NCBI RefSeq assembly: GCF_036321535.1
Contig: NC_087438.1
Location: forward strand, 12,154,001 to 12,218,000
From: Camelus dromedarius
Lineage: Eukaryota
Direction of reading: 5' to 3'
DNA length: 64,000 bases
The position numbers and the translations under genes were made by a program. This document shows, piece after piece, positions 38,901 through 50,900 of this stretch. The notes beneath the pieces were generated by a model. The model saw nothing but the letters and a program-made list of their open reading frames with translations. It was not told the origin of the DNA and made no database searches. Each line of letters begins with the position of its first letter. The first letter of the stretch is position 1.

Positions 38901-41900
38901 CTAGCAGTCACCTCGTCTAACTGTTGACAGATTTGTTTTTAACCATAAAACCAATTATTCAAAAAGAATTTTAACTGTAAGCCTCAAAACAAAGAATCTG
39001 CTTGCTCCTTTACCAAGGTCGTGATTTTTGTTTTGTTTTTCTGAACGCCAACCAACCGTCCCTCCTGAATGTCAGATGTCCACCCATCTTCTAGAGAGAG
39101 GATTCCCTTTCAGTTTGGAACTGTCTTTATCATGACTTCAAACAAGAAGAAAGCACCTGCTCTTGCACAGAGGTACAAATGTGCTCATTTCCTTTTTTAT
39201 TAATTTTTTTTTGAAACAGAAAATGAAAGCTGTCACTTTTGGGGGGGGTAGTTTCATTCTTTTTTCCCCTAAAACAACTTTATTGTGGTATCATTTCTTT
39301 TAACAATTTTTTGTGGTATAATTTCTGTACAGTAAACTATACATATTTCAGACATACAATCAGATGAATTTTGACAGGTGTATACACCTATGAAACCATG
39401 ACCACAAACAGGACACCTAACAATTCCATCCCTTGGGGTGGTCTCTCTTAATAAAGGAAGACAGGAAAGTAACTTACAATGACTTCCCTGAAGGATTCCT
39501 GGTCATTGATTGTCTTGTCTCCAACACATCCAGATTGATTCAAGTAGTGGTAGTTTTCTGGCACAGATAAATAAAATTCTTCTACAAGAGGAAAAAGAAA
39601 AACGTAACATCAGTACTTGACTGGCCAAGACAGAATTCAAAAGAGTTTATTTTTGAAAGTTGCAAAGTGAAAAGTACAAAAATAATTCTGTGCTCCTAAC
39701 AGCCCACCCGTTCAGATAAAGTTCTCTGTTAAACAACGTCTAGGGAGAAAATAGAATCTAATTACATTAGATGGGATGGAATGAAACATTTACTGAAAAA
39801 AGGAATTGCTGAGGGTCCTGTTTTGATTGTTTTCATTAAAAAATTAGATGTTTAGAAATTAGCTTTATTTGGGTGTGGTTTAAAAGTAATACATTATACA
39901 ATTTTCACAAACATCCCTTAAACAGAAAAGAAGATTTTGAAAGAAACAAAAAAATTCAGGATTTCTCTATTGACGATTTTCTCTCTACCTTATCTGGCTC
40001 TAAAATGAACTTGACATCTTTTGGTCCTTTTGATACATTTCCTGTCAATTGGTGGAGCATCAGCAAAGTCCAAACAGAGGTCTTCTCGTTCACAGATGGT
40101 CTTTAAAGGGAAAACAAGTTGCTTCGCTAGCAAGTACGTCTCTGCTGCTGTCCCATCCACTCACCTCTCTCTGTGTGTTCTAGCCCTGCCAGCAGCGCGT
40201 AGAATATGTGATAATTCCTCTCCCCTGGATTTTGCCTTACTACTCGGTTCTGTGAAGACAAATCAGATTTCTGTTCAGAGAAGTTTCCTCTGCTGAATGG
40301 ACACAAACCAGTAATTGCTGAAAACTGTTACTGTGAAAGACAATGTGAATTCCATCACATTTACTTACTTTTTCTAATAAATCTTCATGTGAAAAGCAAT
40401 GGCAAGTCAAGGAGTAAAACAAGGATGCAGGACACTCGATTAGTCTTCAGTTTTGCATTCTTTGTTACCCAAATAATTACAGTTCCCTGCTTCTTGGACA
40501 CTGAGACTTCAGTGCCAAAAGATAAACAAAACACAGACTATTTCATCTAAATCCAATTCCAAAAATGACACATAGTGACTTGGAGATATCAAACTCTATT
40601 TGACAGAATTGATTTCAAACAACAAATATCTGATGTTGGATGAGGAGCCCAGTTTTTCAAATTCAGGACATGATGTCAGAGATTCCCAAAAGAGAGATGG
40701 TTTCTTATCTCCCAGAATGAGTAACAGGTCCAGCACAGTCATACTGGAGCAAAAACGAGGTAGAACCAGAAAGAAGTGTTTTGCATTGTCCTCAGGATAA
40801 GCAAGACCAGTTTCTAGTTACAGAGTCAAACACTCTAGACAAAAACTAAATGAAACAGGATACAATCCACAATCCTCCCGCCCTGAATGTTTCCCTTCTG
40901 GCAGATGTTCAGCTGCACGAACTTCCCGAAGCGACTGGAGTTGTTGTTGTACACGGTCTTGGCGTTGCCGAAGGCTTCCATGATGGGGCTGGGAAAGAAA
41001 TGAGGACAGCATGGGTGTTAACTGGAAAGGCTCTAAACTCGGCGGCGGCATTCCTTACCCCTGGCAAAATACACAACAGCAAGAGAAATCGGAAATCAAA
41101 AAGGACCGACGGCGACTATGTTTGTGTACAGAAGGGCTCGATTTCCCCAGCACTTGCTGAAATGGGTTTATAACTCGTGTCCATTTCGAAGGAGATCTGG
41201 TGGCATGCTGGGTGGGCTCTGGATGCTAACACTGAGTCAGGGAGACCCCCGTGGGTGGGCCCCGCACAAAGTAGCTTAAATCCACGAACCAGGGGCTGCA
41301 CAGAAAAAAGCTTTCAATCGAATTCCAGGAACTAGAAAAGTCCCAGTCCTGGAAATTTGCCCCATTTGTTGTGGGAACCCACGCAACCTCCCTGGGTCTT
41401 CTCCAACTGTAACACGTGGTCAGACATCTTTTTCTGTAAAGGACCAGATAATAAATATTTTTGGCTTTGCGGGCCAAGGGGATCTCTGCCACCACAGCTT
41501 GAAAGCAGCGGTAAACACTACGCAAATAAATGAGGGGGTCTGTGTTCCTATCAAGTTTTATTTAGAAAAAACAGGCTGCAGGGGGAGGATGAGAAAGGTC
41601 TAGAGACGGACAGTGGTGACGGCTGCATGACAATGTGAAAGCACTTAATGCCACGAAGCTGGACACTGAAAAACGTTTGAAGTCTTACATTTCACATCAT
41701 GTGTCTTCTACTGTGATTTAAAAAAATAAACTTTGAAGGCAAAACAAAAATAAAAACAAAAAAAACCAGAGCAGCCTGGGATACAGACCTTAGGTGGGAG
41801 TCTGCTGACTCCTGGACTAATTTCTAAATAACAGGGCCTGTAAAATCCCTCTTGGCTTTAAAAATCTTCTAAGGCACCCATGATACACCGGGGAAGTCAC

Positions 41901-44900
41901 AGATTTTGATTAGAATTTCAGAGGGTACCTCACCGTGGCTTCTCTCAGAGCTCCGAGGCTCACTGTCGTGGATTTATCACTGACCTTCTGTCATGTGAGA
42001 GGCTACAAAAATGCCATTCCGTTCACGTGGTGCCTCCAAAGAGCTGACGGCAAAACAGGGCTCGCTCATCCCCTGCTAAGCCCTCACGCCAGGGGGCTGG
42101 AGGCTGAAATTTGTGCTGGTAACGAGGCCTCCATACAGCTAGTTAAGGGCTGGCCCGGAGGAGGTGACCACAGAATGCTCCTCAGCCACTCCGTCACCAC
42201 TCAAACCTGGCCCGTGGAAGGACAAACCGCTCTGTGCACGTGGCGACTTCTCCCTGAGGCATCGTGAAAGTGAGGTTAAGAAAAAGAGGAGAGGGAGCCC
42301 TGAGTTTTAACTCCTCCTTAAATAAGAAGCTCGGTGAAGAAAGTGAATCCTATTAGTCAGAAACGAGCAACCCGCTGGAGAAATACCTGCTTTCAAGAAT
42401 AGCCTGTTCCACGCAGGACGTCTTCTCCTTCGAGGACAAGTCCAGAGACTGCTGACTGATGGCTGATAAAAACTTAAGGATCAATTTAGTGCTTTCGGTT
42501 TTCCCAGCCCCGCTTTCACCACTGAAAGACAAAATGCAGAAGTTTGTGCTCCTAGGTAAAAAAAGAAAAAAAGCCAGCCTGCCCAGAGTCACTACAATTG
42601 GTCCACAGATCAACTCTTGAACAGCGAGAAAGAGATCAAAGCTCTGAGTCACAGGAAAGGAAGAGCGCCTCCTCTGGTCGGCCGTACGGCCTCTTTCAGC
42701 ATCCGAGGGAAAACAGAGGCACCACCTTTCCTAAGCTCAGGCAATAAGACAGACGGTGCTCTCCGTAGGAGGTCAGCTCTGCAGGGGCTGGGACTGGTGT
42801 TTTGTTCACTAATGTTTCCCAGTGCCGACGGCAGGCACTAAGTATTTGCTAAATGAGTGAGTTATCTTTCTGGGAAATATGTATTAAAAATGCAACTATT
42901 CATAAATGTTGAGAGGACGAGGGAATGGACCTGCTGGTACCTGACTCACACTTGGGCATTTTATTCCCGTACGAATCCCACGAGGGAGGCAGCAGCTAAG
43001 TGTCTGAGTTAGAACTGAACACCAGGTCTGTCTGCATCCACGGTCCTGCAAAGACCCCGCTGCAGGGATGATTAAGGAAAAGTGAGCAGAGCAACCTGGG
43101 GGCAGGGTCCGTGGGGTGGGGTGGTGAGAGAAGTTAGTAAGGTCTGAGTTGTCATAAAGGACCAGCAAACCCAGCCAGGTAAAGGTGAAAGTGAAAGGAT
43201 TCGGGGTAAGATGACCACGTGAACGAAAGCACAGAGGCCAGTGATCTCGGGAAGGTCTCCACGGGGTCGGATTCTGGTGAGGTCAGCTGGACTGAGATCA
43301 GAGGCGGCGGAGAAAGGGAAAAAGGACTGAGTCTGATGGTTCCGAGGCAACCATGGGAGACAGAAGGTGAAGACCGAGCCCATCCAGGTCACCTGTGAGG
43401 GACCCAGCTCTGAGGTCACTCCCGAAGGACTGGGGTGGGGGTGGGGGTCCCTCAGGGAGACCAGCTGCTGCTATAATCTAGGCGAGTGGCGGTCTGGTCC
43501 TGCACAAGCACAATCCTGCTGGGGATGGAAGGGGAGGTTTGGAGATGACAGATTTGGAAGGAGAAACCCAGTCAGTTTTGGGTAAGGCACCCTGCTTGGC
43601 ACCACCGGGTGAACAGAAGTAGTAAGGAGGCAGAGGACTTAGGAGAACAGCGAACCAACAGTGTAAGGAGCAGCACAGCCAACCGTAGGGCAGCAGGTCC
43701 CTCATTGCTCAAGGTGGGGAATAAACAGATATGGTTCCCACAGGTGCTAAAAGACGCAGTCCCCACTGAGTGCCAGGATCTGGGAGGCTGTGAAAAGGGA
43801 GTTTTGCAGAGAACACAGTGAATGATTAAGCCCGTGTAATAAAGGAGAGGAAATGACTCAGAAATGACAGCACTGTGCCCTGAGGTCCAGGGGACTCTCC
43901 ACCGATGGCGGCGTTGCGACCTCCCCTGAAGTAAGGACGGTAGTCAGCGACAGGGACCGAATGTGGCCAGTTGAACAAGAGCAACTGAGCAAAAGAGAGA
44001 GCTGTCCATGTTCGGAGGCTGAAACCCCCTCAGGTCCTCTGGGCTCCCTACCTTCCAGGATTGCCATCTGGGTGTCCCAGGATGGCACACCTGCAGGCGT
44101 CTCTTCCCCCTCAAGTATTCAAGTGCCTACTGTGCGTCAGGCTGCCCTAAGAGCTGAGAAAACAGCCATGGACAGAATCTGCCCACGACCCAGCAGCAGA
44201 AGGAGATACCAGAGTCCCAGACTATGGTTAATGGTGCCAAGCATAAACCTCAGGAGATGGGAGGATTCACAATTTAGACAGAGGCCAAGGTTCAGTAAAC
44301 CTTTCTGGGGATGTGACATTGAGACTGAAATGTAAAGACATGTGCAGGAGTTCATGGGGTGAAAACTGAAGGGTGGGGACGGTGGGGAGGGTGGGGGGGG
44401 TGGAGGTGGGGGAAGGGAGCAGATCCCACAAGAGGAAACTGCCTGGGGCCTTGGGGGAAGGAAGAGTGTGGCCTGCACAGCGAGTAGGGAAGGGAAGGGG
44501 CTGGGGCCCCACTGAGGGGTCCCACTATGGAACTGGTTCTTTTCAAGAGGGGATGGGAGAGGAGCTGGGCTGAGTTTACTCACCAATGGCCAATGATTCC
44601 ATCAACCGCAAAGTGACTATGTAATGAAGCCTCCACAAAACCCTAAAAGGATGGGGTTCAGAGAGCTTCCGGGGTGGTGAACACGTGGAGGTGCTGGGAG
44701 TACAGCCCCTGGGAGGGGCATGGAAGCTTCTGGACCCTTCCCCACACCCTGGCCTGTGCAGCTCTTCCATCTGGCTGTTTCTGAGTTACATCTTTTTCTA
44801 ATAGACCAGTGATCCAGTAAGTAAAGTGTTTCGAGTTCTGTGAGCTGCAAACCAATCTAGCAAACTAATCAAACCCAAGGACAGGTTTGTTGTAACCTCC

Positions 44901-47900
44901 AACTAGAGCTGCTTGGTCAGAAGCACAGGTGACAACATCTGAAGTGGAGGGGGTGGCAGTCCTACAGGCAGGACTGAGCCCTCAACCTGGGGGCCGGATG
45001 CTACGCCAGGTAGAGAGTGACAGAATTAACTGCCTGGCGAACTTGACAATGTGTGCTACGTAACACACGGCGTATATGTTATAGCGTTACAATGATATAA
45101 TAACTAGGTATATACTTCTTTGCTTATCCTGTCACAGAACTGTGAAGCCAAAATAAATTTCAGAATTAAATACAAACAAAATACAACACCAGTAAAGTCC
45201 AAATTAACAAGCCTAACTGAACCCCCCTTGGTTAATACTGTTTGAGGCGTCCTCTGCACTGCAAATGCCTGTTGCTTCTCTTTTGAGCCTGGTGGCCTCC
45301 TTTTCTTCCATGGGCCATGTGATGACTCATTTACTCCACCTCATTCCTTTATTCCAGCCACGATAAAACAGTAACTCGTACTGCAATTACAATGTTATTT
45401 TACCTTCACTTACAGTGAACACATCACTTACATACCCAGTCCTACGTTTTTCTCATTAGCCCTTGGCAATTACAGTCCTAACCCTTGGCGCCAACGTGCG
45501 ACCACAAACATGGGCTTCACAGAAAACATGTTCACCCAGAAGAACTGTTTAAAAAAAAAAAACAACTTTATAGAGATTAATAGTAAAAATGAAAAAAGGA
45601 AAGAGCACTGATACGGGGCCTCAGAGGTTGTATTAAAAGGTTTTGAGAATTTTTCGTAGGCAGAATGGGAAAATTGCAAGACAGCTTTTAAGCAGAATGT
45701 CATGATCAAGTTCAGGGTTTCAAAGAACCATGCTGTGTGGAGGATGGTTTGCGGGAGGCAAGAGAAGGAGCAGGGAAGTGAGGGTAGAAGGGTAGTGAGG
45801 GGCGGGGAGCAGAGGGGGGCAGCAGAGGGGGGCAGGGAGCGGGCCCAAGTCAGCCTGCTGGGGGAGAAAGGGATAACTGAGGGCCCTGGTCAGGGTGGTT
45901 GGTAAGTGACAGGGAGGCAGGGGAACGCCTCTGGAGAGCCTAGGGAGCTTGCCAGCTAGTGTGACAATCTGGGTGCTGGCAACACAGCTGTCCACATGTG
46001 TCAATGCTCACTGACTGTCTACGAGAGATGGGTACCATTTACTGTACGCAGTTTGACCTTAATTGATGGGGGCACGGGTGACTTCTAGGTCCAGGAATGA
46101 CTTCCTGATCTCAGGCTTGGGACCCATAGGATGGAGGGTCCACATGTGGAGAATGAGCAGCATGAGAGGAGGAACACATTTCTGGGAGAAAATCAGGATG
46201 AGGTGAGGATGTGCCCCCTCCGCCCGAGATGATGCCTTGGGGCGGCACCTGGACACACATCTGGAGTCAGAGGAGAGAGTGGCAGGGGAGGCGCTGAAGC
46301 CTGGGGAGCCATCCAACCGCAGAGAAGGAAATGTGGCTGGTCAGAAGCTGAGGCCGTGGACAATGATGGAGGAGCCCAGAGAATGCGGAGGAAACCAGAA
46401 TGATGGAGCAGCTTGGAGGAGAGCGGGGCAGGGCGTGGGGAAGGGTGTGTGTGTGCAGCTAAAGAGACATCTATTTTTTTCTTTTTTTCAAAGCTGGAAC
46501 ACACTAGAAGCTTTTGAATGATAATGCCAATGGGCCAAAAGAAAAGAAGAGGTCAAAGAATCAGGGGCAGGGATTGGACGGAGGCTCCAAGACGGAGCAA
46601 AGTCCCAAGAAAGCAGGGTGGGGATCTAAACCCACCGGAAGGAAAAGGCCTCTAATGCGGACAGGGCCCCTTATCCACCCACGAGCTAGTCTCCCCTCCA
46701 GTGCAGGTGGCAGCAAACTGTGGTCCCTGAATCTGTCCTCCTGCCTGTTTTTGTGAAAGTTTTACTGGAGCACAGCCTGGCCTTTCATTTGCATTCTGTC
46801 TATGATGCATCCGCATTCCAAGGGCAGATTTGAGTAGTTGTAACAGATGATCTCGAGCAGGGAGCCTAAATAGCCCGTGGCAATGTCAGGATCCCTCCCT
46901 GGCCCCTTACAGATACCTTTGCTAACATCTGCGGAACATTCTCCACCCTGTGAGTCAAATCCCTCTGATTCACGTTATTTTCTCAAAATAGACCCTGATC
47001 ACTCCATCACTTGCTGGAAGACTTAAGAATCATCCCCACCACCTAGAAGATTCAGTCCGAAGGTCACAGCAAGCAGGACAAAGCCCTTAAGGTGCAACCC
47101 TGCCCCAGGAAGTAGGATTCTGCTCTGAAACTAATATGGGGAGACAGAAGTCCAAGTCCTGTGTCTGTGACCCACAGCTCATGGCTCCTTGGCACATCAC
47201 TTAACCGCGCCGAGCCTCAGCTTCCCCACCGGAAGCGCTTCTGGTCTTTCTCAGTGGGCAGTGGTTCCCTTCCTTTGCCTTTCCAAGCCCAGTTCCTCCA
47301 GACCCTCAGCACATGCCACACCTCACAGGCGTACCTTCCCGTTCCTAAGGGTCCTCGTCTTCCCACACGTCAGTTTTTGCAAATGCTTCTGTGCCCCCCT
47401 CCTCCATGCCGCCCACATCCCCATGTTTCCTTGGATTCACAGTCACACGTCACTTGATCTGTGATGTATTTTCTGGATTTCTTCTTGGGTATCTACCACC
47501 ACCTTCTCTGAGCAACACCTTTCTTTTATAGCATTAGGCAAGCTGTACTGAATTTACTTATTTATATCAGTTTCTTCCCATCATAGTAGAAGCTCCTGAA
47601 AGGCAATGACTGAGTCATTAAAAAAAAAAAAAATCCCCAAAGCCTAGCAGGGTAACCTGCTCTATGACGTGAGAGTGAGGCACGCCCCACGCCTTATTCT
47701 GGTTGGCGCCTTTCTAATCCAGGATGTGAGTTTGGGTCACATTCAATCACAGATTACTAGAAACAGAAAAAGATCAAACAACCAATTATTATTCCAGAAT
47801 GTAAAAGACATAGTTAAAAGGAAATCACTCCAGCTTTAGAAAATCAAAACTTTTGCAAAGCAAGCAAAGGTCCTAAATTCAACAGCTCCTCCATCCACCC

Positions 47901-50900
47901 ATCCTTTGATTGACAGCTGTTGGATGCTGGCCCCTCTATGAGACACTGTCCTGGGCAAAGAGCTGCACAGATGAATTAGCCACAAGCCTTGCCTTCACTA
48001 TACATCTTAAAAGATCACAATATACTGAAAAGACCATTAACAGACTAAACTGCCTGCCCCAAACTGAAGCTAACTTAAATGTACTGGATCCACCAAGATC
48101 AAATGCTGACCTTGTCATTTAGATGAAAGAAAATTCCAAGTAAGCTTTAAACATACATTTATATTTTATAAATTATAAAAACATAAGCATTCATTTAAAT
48201 GGGCACAAGAAGGTAAAATAAAACTAGACCTTAAGAGAGATAAACTCTTGAAAGCAAGACCAATAGAAAAGGCTTAGATTGGAATCCTAGGGACTAGCAG
48301 TGTCACAGGCTCGTAAAATGAAAGAAAAGTTGATCTATGAGGTCCCTGCCTTCTAAATAGGCTTAGTGTCTGAAATTAGCACAGAAGTTTTATAAGTAGT
48401 AACACGTTGTAGCCACTAGGGGGCGGATCATGCCTGAGGAAACCTAACTAGGGCCACTGTATCCTACAATTTTTATTTTTATACTCAACTTTTTCTTTAA
48501 TTCCTACAGTCCCAAGCCCCACTTAAAAAAACAAAACAAAACAAAACATTCTAATGAGGAAACCTATTTCTTAAAGACACCGTTTCCTGAGTTAATTTAG
48601 ATAAATACAGTTACTCTTTTCACATCAGCATTAGACAATGAGAGCTTTCTGTCTGGGGGCCCCTCCCTCTCCCCTCCCCCTCCAACTTCCCCCACCTTAT
48701 TTTTAAATACCAGTCTTTGGCAGGAAAATGCCAAACCCTTTCCATTTTATTACACACACATATACATGTACAATGATCTCATTTGATTTTTTACTTTCTT
48801 CCTAAACTGCTGTCTAGCAGGTGATATATGAGCCAGGCTCTCATTTTTTCCACTGAAAGTAATAAACACAAGCAATTATCAACAGCAAATGTCTAGGTAC
48901 CTAAGGGTGGAAACGAATTTGATCTTCTTAAACTAGACAGATTAAGTTCTTGTTCTTTCTGTTAATCCTATTAAATTATATTCTGCAGGCTGAAAGAGGG
49001 ATCTTAAGTTCTAGCTCATGAACTTTGGTGAAGTCATCAAAAAGAGCCCACAAATAGTGCTTCCAGTCATCAGGCAGGTTATTGGAGTGGGACTCTTAAA
49101 AGCTCTGTTTTCATACTAAGCAATAGTTTCATTTTGATTAACTGCAAGTTATAATGATTCATATTCATTTAAATGGATAAACTGACAGCCCCTCTACCCA
49201 AGCTGTTTCCACAGCCTGGTGCATTAGTGTTTAGGTAAAGAGGAGGAGGGACTGTATCTGCCCAGGTGCTTCCCTTCCCTTAAAGAAAGTGGCAGGTGGG
49301 GGCAGGAGAGAAAATACAACTGAAGGAGAAACATACAGGTCTGTCCTCCATATTCAGGTAATTTTGATTTATTACAAAAGAAGGACCCATGAAGCAAAGT
49401 CATGGGTAAAAACTACCACCAAGAAGAACACAGTCCCTGAAAGTAGTTTTCTGTGCGCGGCACCAGGAGGTGTCATTCCAGGGCACTCACACCGAAGGGC
49501 TGCTGGAAGGGTTCACTGATGCCTGAAAAGTTCTTGGCATGGAGTCCCATACCTTCCAAGAATGTTAGCCATTATTTCTTTCCTATCTTCAACCAGACTC
49601 CATGTGGGACAGTATGAGCACCTCCCAAATGTTCCCCTTTCCCTTCCCTGGAGTTTCAGGAGGGGCCTCCTCTGGCACGTCTGCCCCCTACCCAACCTCT
49701 CCCTCCTCCAAGAAGTGGAGTGGTTTCTCTGACAGGTGAACTCCAGACAAGGGCTGGTCAGCTCCTCACCAACTGGGAATTGGCTTGGACAGTGATTGTG
49801 GCCACCAGGTACCTGTCTGTCCCCCCAGCCAGGTGGGTCAGTCTGTCTGTAACTTGGGGGGCAAAGTTAGCAAGACTGATTGGCTAGAAGTCTTGTGTCC
49901 AACCAAGGGGTGAGGGGGGGGTCTTATTTGTGATCCTCCCCAAATCCAAACACCTCTTCCCTTTAAGATAATAATTATCTTGCCACAAGTTGGGACGAGA
50001 AAGCCATCTAAAGCAGATGTCAAAATCTTCTTTCCCACCAGCAGTTTAGTAACACCGTGGGGTCTCAGGAACAGCCATGCTCTGGGCACGACTGCCTGGG
50101 AGGACAAATGAATGAAGGGCTTGGATGCTCCACGGAAACCTCGCTGAAGGTGACACTCAACACACCTGCTTTGGGTCTCGTCCGGGGGTGTTCTGATCAT
50201 CGCTAGGACATAATTCCAGTTTAAACAATAAGACCCAGTAGGACTATCACTAGAATGCAGGCGATAAGACCAATTTGAATTGCTCAATAAAAATATTTCT
50301 AAAGTACAGCACTGGGTTTTTTAGGTAGCATTTACTAATAAATATTTTGATAGGTTTCTGGTAGTGTATTTTTTTCACTTAAGTATTGTCTGGTAGTGTA
50401 TTTTAATAAATAAGTTAAGACTTGGCTGAAATAGGTGTCAAGACCCTGTTCCCCGCGCCTAACCCCAAAAGTAATTGAAATATGCATGCTTTCCTATCAT
50501 TTCTTCAGCATATGCAGAGTAAGCCCCTCTTCTGGGGCTAATTCAGAGGTAAACTAGGAACATCCAATTAAAATCATTCAAAAATCCTTAAATTTGGGAG
50601 ATTCTAGGGTACTCTCATACTACCAAAAACCAAAATCGTGCTCAAATACACAAGCATTCTGACCAGCAGTTCAGACTACAGAAAACATTTTAAATTTGAA
50701 AGAACTAACACAATATTTCTGAAAATCAAGAGAAGGACCACGCCTAACAATTGGAATTAAACCAAAGAACCACTATGGTAAATAAAATAAACAAACTGGA
50801 GTCATTATTCTGAGGACAAGAGCCAACAAACGTGGCACATTTTGCTTCCTACTGTGTTCCTCGCGTCTTTCGGAAGCTGCAGTTATCAGGCTGTTCAGGA

